Shown here one piece after another: positions 17,748 to 30,286 of a DNA stretch of 64,000 nucleotides. The notes beneath the pieces were generated by a model that did no database searches, was not told where the DNA came from, and saw nothing but the letters and a program-made list of their open reading frames with translations. The DNA is taken from NCBI RefSeq assembly GCF_009914755.1, contig NC_060937.1; one strand, given 5' to 3'. The stretch is from the human T2T-CHM13v2.0 reference genome, Homo sapiens. The position numbers and the translations under genes are program-made. How positions within the stretch are numbered: the stretch's first letter is position 1; every line of letters starts with the position of its first letter.

Positions 17748-18650
17748 TTAAAGCAGTCCAGTGCTGGGCCCAACAAAAGAACACAAATCCCTTCTCCAGA
17801 CCCATTAGCACCCTCTACACTGGATGTCTACATAAAAGGGGAGTGATGTTTTCTGTTTTAATAGGATGTTGTGGAAAACATACTATCATGAATTACGATT
17901 TGCCCCAACTTCATTTGGTTCATCAACATCTGGCTTTGAACCACAAATCACAGGGCCCAGAGCAGTCATCCATCACCTGAACCCAAGGTCAGTCTCAATA
18001 GATGTGTAACTGTGTATTAATAAAACACCCAATGAAGAACCAAAGTATTAGCCAGTCACCATTCAAAAGTCTATCATCCACAGGAAATTAAACATTTTTA
18101 CTTGTGGTGTACCTACTGGAAATGCGCACAAATAACTAAGGCTCCTGATGCATTTGCTTTGGGTACCACACCATTTCCAGCTGAAAATCCAGTGAAAAGC
18201 ACTTTTGTGATGGGTATAAGCACTTGATTCAGGGATGCTCACCAGGCAAACCCAAAAATTGTAAAATAAAACACGGTAACATTTTCACCAAGATGTCAAT
18301 CATAAGTAGTTTTGTTTTAGGCCTTTCCTGAAGTATCTTTCCCTAAATGTTCATTTCAGAAAGCTTTTATGTCCTGATTTTCATATCATTCATATTATAA
18401 GAAATTGCAAAGCTATACATAAGCTACTTCTAGAGCAGTCACCGTATCCGTGGCTTACGGGGAGAGAATAACCGAAATTCTGTGACTCATCACTGCACCT
18501 TTTTTCTAATATAAAAGCATGATTTTGTCACAGATAATGAGCACCACCTTGGCTATGGCTACTGATTATATAACCGTGAGCGTTTATGTCTTCAATAGTA
18601 TGTTAGTAATCTTTGAAGACACAAATCTCAAATTTGCAGAAGCTGGCTTC

Positions 18651-19077
18651 ACTTGTTCAGAGGAAGACATTGATGATGAGTGCTTTTTTCGCCAATAGGA
18701 AAAAGATTTGATTATTATTATTACCGTTAAAAGGCTGATGCCTCATGAATTCGTACTGACTGTTATTTTTGTGAATTCCGTTCTTGATATTAACAAATAT
18801 AGATACTTCTGGAAAATGGCAGGGACACATTCAAATGTTTTCAAAGTTTGCTAATGACAAGGAAGGGAAGGATGCGAACTCATGGGGCTGGGTACTGAGA
18901 GAAAGCTTTGAGCATGTTTATGGACCAAAAGGGTCAGCAGAAAGGGGGCAGTAGAAAATATAAGGAGAGAGAAAATTGATAGAAACAGGTCCAGGGGCAA
19001 GTGAAAGATTTGCTTATTATTTTTTTTTACCAATGGGGAAAAAAGCACTCATCATCAATGTCTTCCTCTGAACAAGT
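18651..19077. repeat. Perfect 40-bp inverted repeat (arms 18651-18690 and 19038-19077)
   Basis: acttgttcagaggaagacattgatgatgagtgcttttttc is the exact reverse complement of gaaaaaagcactcatcatcaatgtcttcctctgaacaagt. Confidence 0.97.
18803..19014 (+). repeat. Diverged direct duplicate of 21512-21710
   Basis: Shared blocks: aaatgttttcaaagtttgct, atgacaaggaagggaaggatg, taaggagagagaaaattgatagaaacaggtccagg, gcaagtgaaagatttgct. Confidence 0.95.
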
Positions 19078-19626
19078 CAATATTCATACTTGCAGTTTGC
19101 AATGACTGCGAAGCCAAAGCCAGCAGTTTTATGACTGCTGCTCTTGCACCACAGAATGAGAAAACCAGCAAGGACTATCAAACATGAGGGAATAATTGGT
19201 ACCAGAATGCGCTCATTGAAACGGGTGAGCTCACAGGCAGGTTTCATCTGCAAGGGCAAAAACGTTCTTCTGCCTCTGAAAGTTAGCTTCCGCCACAATT
19301 TCCATGAAACTTGCTTTAGAACAGAACTCTTGGAAACTATAAATGTTTTTAATTCTCAAATGAAGATAGACAAAACTCAATCAGAGTAACTTCGTAATTG
19401 GCTTGGCTAACGGTCCATATGTGAATTAGTCATTTTCAGCAGTTTAAAAAATCCTAGACTAGCTTCCTCCTGGTGTCCTGCACACTTCTATGCTCCCTTT
19501 GGGTGGCAAATGTTGAATGCATTCCTGCTAGTATTACTAGTTTGATAGTGATGTCCTGAGTTTACCTAGTGCTTTCTGTCACTATATCAGGTGGCCATGA
19601 TGGAAGGAGGTACAGAGATCATCCAG

Positions 19627-20015
19627 TGTTATGGACTAAATTGTGTGGTCCCCTCATTCATATGTTCAACCCCCAATGTGACTGTATTTGGAGATATGGT
19701 CTTAGCGAGGTAATTAAGATAAATTGAAGTTACAAGGTGGCTTGAATCTGATAGGACTGGTGTTGTTATAAGAAGAGACACCAAAGACATGCAAAGCTTT
19801 CTCTCTCTGCTTGCACGCACTGCGGACGGGCCATGTGAGGACGCAGCGAGAAGGCAGCTGTCTGCAAGCCAGGAAGGAAGCTCTTACTAGAAATGGAATT
19901 TGTTGGCACCATGATTTTGGACTTCCAACCTCCAGAACAGGGAGAATATAAATGTCTGTTATTTAAGTCACCCCGTCTTTGGTATTTTGCTATGGCAAGC
20001 AGAGCTGCCAGGCTA
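19627..20015 (+). mobile_element. MLT1A-family MaLR solo LTR
   Basis: tgttatggactaaattgtgt...aatgtgactgtatttggagat...ggacttccaacctccagaac...tggtattttgctatggca. Confidence 0.85.
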
Positions 20016-20739
20016 CGATGTGACTGTTGTAGTCCAAGCAGTGTACACAGTGCACAGCATGTACAACTACGGCCCCTAAGATCTCTCACATACACAATTT
20101 CAGCATGATGTTCATAACGCCCCTAAGGGCAAGCACTGTAATGTAGGAGAATAAGTTAGATAAAACCCATCACTTCTTAGCTGCAGGGTCTTGAGCAAAG
20201 TCCTCAATTCCTCCAAGCCTCAGTTTCCTCCTATTATAAATGTTTGTTAAGCTGGTTAAACCTAGTCTCTGCAGCAAATTTAATAAGATTTAGTACTGTT
20301 AAGCATTTTTCATCCACCATGAAGAAACTCACTGCAATAGGTGTTTGCATGTGTATGATCATTTCTAAGTGTTCAAAAGGAGTATTGTGTTGGTTTCTTT
20401 AATTAAAGAGTAAAATCCTATTTTTAAATGTCTGTTATCATTGTGGTGAGAATTTTTCTGCCTCCATGCCTGCAGATTTCACTGCCTTAACCTTCTGGTG
20501 GATTGATCAGTGAGTCACTCACTGGTGACACCTCTAAGCCTGTCACTAGGCATGAGGCTAAAGCTGACCTCTAGATAGTGTAGGCTTCCTGGAAATCTCT
20601 TTGGGTCATCCTAAGTCTGTTTTTGTCAATAGTTCCAGAAAAGCAGACACAGAGTTCATGGATCATATTCATTAATATCAAGAATAGAATTCACAAAAAT
20701 AACAGTCAATAAGAATTCATGAGGCATCAACCTGTTAAC

Positions 20740-20960
20740 AGTAATAATAATGATAATCATAATAGCTCACATAGATGGAGATTAACTTTGGGAAGCCACT
20801 GACTAAATGCATTATCTCAGTAACCCTTTAGGTTAGATACCATTGTCCTCACTATACAGGGAGGAAACTGAGGGACAGAAAGGCTAAATAACTTACCCAA
20901 GGGCCAATGACAGGAAGTGGAAGAGTAGGTTTGAAATGCTCCATGGGACTTGACTGCTGT
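20740..20960 (-). mobile_element. MIR fragment (others near 11850-11990, 12670-12775, 20140-20260, 34185-34340)
   Basis: MIR core gaggaaactgaggg-acagaaaggctaaataacttacccaaggg. Confidence 0.7.
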
Positions 20961-21511
20961 GCTATGCTCTCTCCACTGCAGGATCTCTAATGCCTGTCAT
21001 CTGCGCCATGGGCTTTAGTTCAAGTGAGTCTTCCTCCTACCTTCCGTGGTAAGTAACACCACCAAAGAGATCTGATGTTGGGGAGGTTCCCACGTACTTC
21101 TAGGTGATACAAAATAGTTATTTCCATTCCCGGAAATCCTCCTGCAAGGATTTCTGAAACCATTCTATTGTATAAAATCTGTATGTTCCCAATTTAAAAA
21201 TATACAAAACACCCTTCCAAGTCATTTGAATTAACACTAGTATTAAGGAAGCTAAGTCTGCATAACCAGCCCCCTGGAAAGACAGAATGCCATCTCCTCA
21301 AGTCTAAGTGCTGTGTAATCATTACTCTACAAACCAAGTGGAGATATTACCTATTCTGCAAACAGCAAACCAAGCAAAATTCCTAGGTGCTCCCAAGGGA
21401 ACAAATCATGCAGAGAAACTGCTCTCTGCTTCTCTCGAAAGCCCTCGCTGTTCCCAGGGGCCCTAAAACTCATTATCCCCCTGCGGGTGAACAGCAGACT
21501 CCAGTAGTTGT

Positions 21512-21710
21512 ATACTTCTAGAAAGTGGAAGCAGTACATCTAAATGTTTTCAAAGTTTGCTCATGACAAGGAAGGGAAGGATGGGGACTCAAGGGCTGGG
21601 TAAGTAAAGAGTGTTATGGACCAAGAGGGTCAGCAAAGAGGGGGCGGTAGAAAATGTAAGGAGAGAGAAAATTGATAGAAACAGGTCCAGGAGCAAGTGA
21701 AAGATTTGCT
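21512..21710 (+). repeat. Diverged direct duplicate of 18803-19014
   Basis: Same shared blocks; not recognised as a known interspersed repeat. Confidence 0.95.
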
Positions 21711-22477
21711 CCAGTGGAATTAACATGAATATACATGGGGATGGGGGGGCAGCACTTGAATTTTAGAAACAAAAATGAAGATGAGTAGAAATGCAATTTT
21801 TTAGGTAGAAAGATATTTCTGTCCACTGGCCTCTATTTTCTCAGAAAAGGTGTGAGTGGGTTGAGGTTTGGATGAAGAAGGCTTGAGGAGGATGGAAAAT
21901 GTTTAGAATCAAAAGTCAATTAGAAAGGGCTAAAAGGATTTCCAAGTAGAAGTGACTGTGGCATTAAGCTAAAATGGCATAGTTTATAGTGGACTGCTTC
22001 CAGAGCAGAGGACACGGGGTTTAGTCCATTGCCACTGAGTTGGGTCAAGCCGTTAGACAGCTGTCTTCTGACCTGACTTTCAAACTGAAACCTACCCTTC
22101 TGTGATTTATCCAGGCTTCTGTGATTTACCTACCCTCTGCTTGCAAGACAATCCAAGGTCCTCAGCATGACACACAGGCCTTTCCCTAACTGGCCCCCAT
22201 TTGTGTCTCCAGCATCAGTTTTTGCCTTCTGCCATATTGAACTTAACTGTAGTTCCTCTAGAGCCTCAGGCCCTTTCAGTGCTGCTGGGCCTTAACCAAA
22301 GTATTCTCCTGAAATATTTTTCCCTTTAATGTCTGGAAAATAACATGTATTTTTTTTTTAAAGGCTGCCTCCTCTGAGAAGCCTTCCAGGGTCACCTTAG
22401 GTAAAACTGATTGTCAGTCTCTCTTTTTGCCAGCCTTACCTATGCCCTGTATGTGCTACTGACATCACAAGTCACTT

Positions 22478-22830
22478 CATATTTCATCTATTTTAAAATG
22501 CACTTTTATTCACATTTTTTAAAAATCCCTGAAATCAGCCAGATGTGGTGGTACAGGTTTGTAGTTGCAGCTACTGAGGAGGCTGAGGCAGGAGGATCAC
22601 TTGAGCCCAGGGCTCGAGGCTGTAGTGTTATGATCGCACCTGTGAATGGCTACCACACTGCAGCCTTGGCAACACAGGCAGACCTTGTCTCAAAAAAAAA
22701 AAAAAAATCCCTTAAATTAGCATGTAACTTATAATCAATGGTGTATCATAGTTCAATGACAGGATTAAAAAAAATTTTGGTGATACCAAAAAAAAGTACA
22801 TCTTACATTGGAGAGCATTTGGTGAAATGC
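22478..22830 (+). mobile_element. MER104-like (TcMar-Tc2) fossil interrupted by FAM
   Basis: catatttcatctattttaaaatgcacttttattcacattt...catcttaca...gaaat, matching the recalled MER104 consensus. Confidence 0.6.
22538..22707 (+). mobile_element. FAM (fossil Alu monomer)
   Basis: Single monomer retaining the 7SL-like segment gctgtagtg..tatgatcgcacctgtgaat; A tail; TSD aaaaatccct(g/t)aaat(c/t)ag. Confidence 0.8.
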
Positions 22831-22864
22831 AGCTTCATTTTCTAACTTTCTAAAGTGAGTGTAG

Positions 22865-23085
22865 GAGTGCTTCTCATCTTGCCTCCCACCCCACCGCCCC
22901 CGCCACCTTTGGCAGTGTCTGGAGACATTTTTGGCTGTATCAACTTGCGGCGAGGAATATGCTGCTGGCATCTAACAGGTAGAGGCGAGAGATGCTGCTA
23001 AACATCCTCTAATACACAGGACAACCCCCGACAACAAAGAATTAGCCAGGTCAAAATGTGAATAGTACAGAGATTGAGAAACCCC
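22865..23085 (+). mobile_element. MER20 (hAT-Charlie)
   Basis: tttggcagtgtctggagacatttttgg...gatgctgctaaacatcct...ttgagaaaccc. Confidence 0.85.
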
Positions 23086-24021
23086 TACGTAGAGAAACAA
23101 TACCTATTTGGGTATATAATAGGCTTTATTATGTTTGATTTTAAATAAATCTTTTACAGTGTATAGTGCAACTTAATGTATAGCAACTTTTTCCAAACCT
23201 TGGCTTGTACAGAATAGCAACTCTTGAGACATATTCTAAGCTCTCCTCATCACCCCTCCCCAACTCCTTCTGCTAGATGCCCCAGGGAAATAAAATACAG
23301 CAATGCTCCTGGTCAAAATCTGAAAGCCAGAATGTCTCAGAGAGATTCGTGACCTTAAACCAATTAGGTTAGTTAATGGCAAGTCCAGGACTGAAACCCA
23401 GACCCCCAGATTTCCGCAATCTCACTCAGCCTGGGAGACAGCTGCTCCCTTCCCGGGCTAAATTGGCTAACACAGTTTGGTACCTTAAGAGGAAATGTGC
23501 CCTACCTATATGAGCTGGGTGACTTAGCAAGAGTTTAGCATTTAGTATTCACGCTTTAACACCCGGGACCCACCCAGCTCTCACCCCACTTTATGAGAAT
23601 GTAGGTTGACTCTGTAAGACCCCTTAGCTCTGTGGGGAATTGGATTTATGCAAAAAATAATAGTGATTCATGAATGTGAAGGAACTTTAAATAAATGTAG
23701 ATGATTTCATCATACAAAAGGCAGAAGGGACTTAGTAAGTGTATTTAAGGCTCTGGAGGAAGCGTTATTAATTTGGAAAGTGGGTGGGGGGAGCTGTCCT
23801 CTATCCCTACAAGCTGCACGTGTGGAAAGGGCCTTTCTAGCGCAGGAAGCTGATTTATGTGAGAGAGGAAGGAGTTCCAGGGGGAGGTTTTGGCAAGGCA
23901 GTCCCCACATCTCGGTTGTGCCAGCCAGGCGGGCCTCAGGTGGGTCTGGGGCTCCCTGCCCCTCCTGCTGAGTCCCCAGAGTGTCCCCCGCCCCCTTCCT
24001 TCTCCCACTGGGGCTGAATCA

Positions 24022-24960
<939 letters not shown>

Positions 24961-26869
24961 TTCGAAGGATGCCTGCCAATGACCACTGAGGTCTGGGAGG
25001 TGGGGGTGCAAAAGACCCACTCTAGGGCAAAAGTACGAAGGGCTCTAGAAAAACTTGCAAAAGGAAGACTGTGCCTTTCCCAACCCGAGGGGAATTTTCA
25101 GAAACTTGTTGAAGCAGCCTTCAAGGCCTTGCATCCCCCAAACAAAAGAAGGAGGAGTTGTGTATCTGGAAGTTCTGCTCTTCTCTGCTTTGCTGGGTGC
25201 CACTTGAGCACCGAGAGCCTGGTGGCTGAACTAGCATCAGCAAGCCTCAAGGCCCAGGCCTGGCACTGCCCAGAAAAGCCTAAATGTTTTTTTGTGACAC
25301 TCCCAAAAGACTTAGGCAGCAAGGTTGAAGTTAATCCTTTTATGAGCCATGAACTTAGGGACAGCTGTACAAATAGTTGCTGTTTTTAATTAAACCCAAC
25401 ATGGCTACTTCCTTAACTTAGAAAAAAGCGACTAGCAATGTTATGCTTTGATAGATTGGAAACCATGGGTGTGTGATCACACTTAAGAAAATAGAAGATA
25501 TTTGAGAGGAGTGGTATGGAAAACCAGTCCGGAGCAGCATTGTTCCTGCTTGCTTTCTGCAAGGAAAACCACTAGACAACCCAACAGCCCAGTAAAGCCA
25601 GGGCAATGGTGCATGCCCACGACAGACAGGTGGGCCCTGGCAGACCTGAGGATGGAATTGCATTACTCCTTTGGGAGCCAGACTGCACCCTTGGTGCTGT
25701 GCAGATCTGGAGAGGCTTTTGAGTGAAAAGGCCACACTGGTTAGTCTGTGAGCACAAAAGAATCATCAGAAGAGATATGGAGAGGGATGTTGGGTCCTTT
25801 AAGGTTTCCTTAACCCTGGGATAGTATGACCCCATATAATCCTCCCAACTTGCCAGCAAAGGTTCCTTCTCCTTCCCAGTGCTTTCTTCGCCTATGAAAA
25901 CGAATCTGAATGCCAAGGTAAAGAAAACCTTTCTTAAACAAAAACGAGTATGTTCACACTAATTATAACTAAGTAAAAATGCACGTCTGTGCATTGACAG
26001 AGAGGAAATTACTTTGGAGGGAAGTAAATAGTTTAATGTTGATTAGATTTTTTTGCCATGAAGTTACTTAAGTTCATAATAAAAAATAGAAAGAAAAAAA
26101 TTTTCTTTTTAAAAAAAGTCTTCAAATGTTGAAATATATTAGGTTCAGCAGAGACTAACCAGCAATAGCAAAAATGAACCCCTAATTTTCACAGAGCATG
26201 TCAGATCTCTAGGGCTGCCTCTCTTTCCAGATACACAGGAAATTCAGTTTCATGGGCTAACCCTTCCACTATCAAATGGCTGACTGCAAAACTTTCTTGA
26301 CAGTTGGAATTGCAGCCAAGAGCAGAATTGAAATCACTAGACACAGGCTGACCTGAGGCCCCACTCTTCTACATACCACACTGAGTCAGAGCCATGAGAC
26401 CAACTGAACCTCAGGGGGCATGACAGAAGGGTGCCAGGAAACCTTGGGGCCTGAGGGATGGCACATGCTGCTTAAATTGCTGCCTGCTTTTTCTAGTATT
26501 CTTAGGAAGCCCTGGATCATCTGGCAACTGAGTGTTTTGTCTGTTTTGGCTGTGGGTCGCACTGTGTTTTGCTATGATCTCAAAATGGCTTGTGTTCCAA
26601 AGCTAGAGATATGAGAGCCTAACTCAGGAAAAATTTTCATAGTCTATTTAGATGAGTCAATAGCATAGCAGATCTACCTTTGGTCTAAAACACCTCCGTA
26701 GTTACGTTTGCTGGGCTACCAGACGAAGTAACAGATAGCCTACTTCTTACCCACTGTACTCACGATTTGAGGCCATTCTGTAATAAAGGGCACATTCAAA
26801 AGGACAAAGTATTAGATATCTGATATGTTTGTTTCACAACATATATTTCACTATTTTATAGAAATCATA

Positions 26870-28170
26870 CCCTCATTTCTCAGTAGATATGCCTTTTCCT
26901 CCACACTCTGCCCGTGAAGTCAGATGGGATGAGCCCATCTCACTGCAGAAGAGTACTGGATCATCTAGCCTAAGTCCCATCACACATCACATCCCCACAG
27001 TGCATGCATGGTCAGGAATGGGCACATGACCCAGCTAGAGCCAATGAGACAGTATCTTTTAGGATGCTTTCAGCTGAATGCACTGTAAAAGAGAAAACAA
27101 CAGATGCAAAGAGTACAGGCCAAAAAAGAAGTGTAGGCCAAGAGATGAAACAGCAAAAGATCAAATTCCCTTTAAACCAGAAAACTCAACATAACATAGT
27201 TTAATCAATAAGAATAATTTATTGTCTCACATCACAAGAAGTCCAAAGGCAGAGTGGCTCCAGAGTTGGTTAATATAGCAGCTCCTCAGTGTCATCAAAG
27301 CCCTTTGTTCCTTCCTTCTTTCTGCCATGCCATTCCCAGCACATCAGCTTTGTCCTTAATTTTTGGGCTAGTTCTCCTATGGCTACTAGCAGCTGCTGGC
27401 ATCATGTCTAGACAACAATAACTAGAAGAAAAGGCCATCTTTTCCTGTGTATTCCTTCTCAAGAGCAAGGAAACACTTCTCAAAAGCCTTCAGCTGGCTT
27501 CCTCTCACATCTCCTTGACCAGAATTGTGTCACATGTTCTTGCCTAATTAATCACAGTCAAGAGGAAAGAGGCTACCATGAGAGTCTAAGGTGAACTAGA
27601 ATTCAGTGTAGGAGTTGGGGCTGAGCCTAGCCTCTCTCAAAGCAATTGGTGGAGGGAGGATGAAAACTACTTGATATGAAGCAAGGTTTTGTTACCAAGC
27701 ATCAGCAATGGCAACAGAGAACAATGAGGATTTTGCAGGGGTTTCCAGGTAAAGAATATATCAGATTTCCAGGGCTGCTTCTCTTTATCAATACACAGCA
27801 AGTCCAGTTTCATGAGGCTGATCTTTCTACTGTCAAATATCTGACTTCAGTGACCCCTGTGCAAGTAAAGCTGAGAAGATACAAGTTCTGGAGCCTCTGC
27901 AGCCATCTTGTGAGTTTGATGGGGACAGCCCGCCTATGAATGAGCCAGCACTCATGGAGAGAAGACGTTCATGAAACAAAAGCCAACAGATGTATAGAGA
28001 GAAACCGTGGCTGTATAGCAGCATTTGAGGTCCACATTTAGCAGCACAGGAAGTCAGCCCCACCTCTGAGCTTTTCAGTTATACGAGCCGATGAAGTCTC
28101 TTTTTGCTTAAGCCTCTTTGGATTGGATTTACTGCCTACTGCAACAGAAGGAGTCACAGCTGAAGCAAAT
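26870..28170. mobile_element. Nested old MaLR LTRs (plus-strand MLT1 interrupted by a minus-strand MLT1 at ~27055-27600)
   Basis: gggcacatgacccagctagagccaatgag (5' half); ttaggatgctttcagctg...atttattgtctcac (antisense LTR end); gcttaagcc..tttggattgg..tgcaacagaa (3' half). Confidence 0.6.
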
Positions 28171-29931
28171 AGCCTGACATATGTTATAGGAAAGATGGCA
28201 TGTTCATGGAGTGACCCTGTGACCCAGTGCCCCTTAGGCAAGGCACTGCCAGAAGGTCCCTCCAACCAACTACTTCTAGCAGTGCTTATGCCATTCACCT
28301 AACCTTTCTACAGTCTCAACAATTGTGGGAAAAGCTCTTTGGGTAACTCTGATGGGAGCATTTTTAAATGAGCACTGGAAACATTCAGCACCCTGTGGGA
28401 TGGAAAAGAGAAGAGGGTAGAAAGCTCAGTGAAGTGAGAAGCAATTTTCTACCTGTTAATGGGCAAGGTAGAGTGTTGTTAGATAAATGAATATTCTGGC
28501 ACTTCTGTTAATCCAAAGTTTCCTTTCCTGCATGAGCAAAAGATGCAGGTTCCTATGTGGAATCGTGGAGAAGCCGGGCACAATGAGAACCGAAGGGAGC
28601 TGGCAGAAGGTACAGTTCTGTGGAGCTGTCCTCAAAGGACTTGGCAGAGCCCAGATACATTTGAGCCCTGTTTATATTCTTTGGCATTTTTCCTCAAAAA
28701 GGATCCAAGAGAATTCCAGAAATAGAGCTGTTAACCTTCAGCGCACCCTGGTGAAGTTCATAGGTGAGGTCAGAACAAAACATGTCCAAAGAGACCAAAG
28801 AGTTATTATTCGTGAATGAAAATTATGATTGAGGAGAAACAGATGCTGAAGAGATACACCAAGATATGAAAATGTACTGTCAAAGAGAAAACAATGGAAC
28901 TAGGACAAGGTGTAGGCCCAAGAAAGAAAGAAAGAGCAAAAAAGACCAAATTCTTTTTTTTAAACGTACCATTGTAATGTTTGAATATGCCAAGTTATAA
29001 AAGTAAATGCACGTGCCCTTCTAACTTTGGCCTAAACATTTGATTTTGGTGGATAAAACAAAGACGCAATACCGCCCTGAAGTCTCTGAATTGCCAAAAA
29101 CAATTGTTTACATAGGATGGTGTGCTTTCAGAACATCATATGCACTACCTTCCCAGACCTTGTGAAGCTGGTGAAGTTTAATGAAGCTAGAGAAGAAAAA
29201 TAGACAAGAGTGGGTAAAGGGAAAGAAAATAAGTTAAAAATGTTAACTCTCACCTGCCAGTCCAGATGTCATCTGATGTACATTTGCGCCTTTGCAATTT
29301 GTCAACACAAAATGCATTTCTTTCTGGACATATAAATCATTGTGCTTGGTTCTGTCTTAATAATCAGTTATTTGGTTTCGGCTTAGTAATCAGTTAGTTT
29401 ATTTCCAAGGAGAATTATTGATATTGGCAGAAAAAAATCAAAAGTGGATTTTTTAAAAGTCAATATAATTTTTTCTAATTATTGTAGCTTTGGTGGATGA
29501 TTTCAAGTTTAAGAGTGACGGAATGCCATGAATTTTCATGCTGCCTACATTTCAGTAAGACAACCTTGCTGGATTTCCCCCTCCATTTTGGATTATAAAA
29601 TCTAACCCCTGCGGAACATCCTTTCACTTGGAGAGAAAAATTTACTTGGAAAAATTTCACTTGGAGAGAAAACCAAGAAAGCTTCTTGGTTTCCTGAACT
29701 ATTTTGATTATCTGTGTAGATATGGCTTATAGTATTGAAATGAGGTGGCAGAAAGAGTAGTAGTGATAAAAATGGAGAAGAGAAAGGTCAAGTGAGTTTC
29801 AGTGATTTTGCCAACTAAATTCTAGGATCCTTAATGAAAAAAATGTGACCACCTTTATCACTTTCCAGGATCATCCTGTATTTTCAAGTTTCAGTAGGTA
29901 CCCTTTTACTGTGATGGAAAGAAATGCTTGA

Positions 29932-30286
<355 letters not shown>

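Noticed and set aside
18670-18760. Possible C/D-box snoRNA (gatgatga ... ctga)
   Set aside because: No terminal stem or recognisable rRNA/snRNA guide; it is antisense to the host intron, and the motifs are short enough to occur by chance.
29141-29220. Possible plus-strand exon (ttcccag|acc...tgg|gtaaag)
   Set aside because: Weak pyrimidine tract and donor; insufficient support without transcript data.
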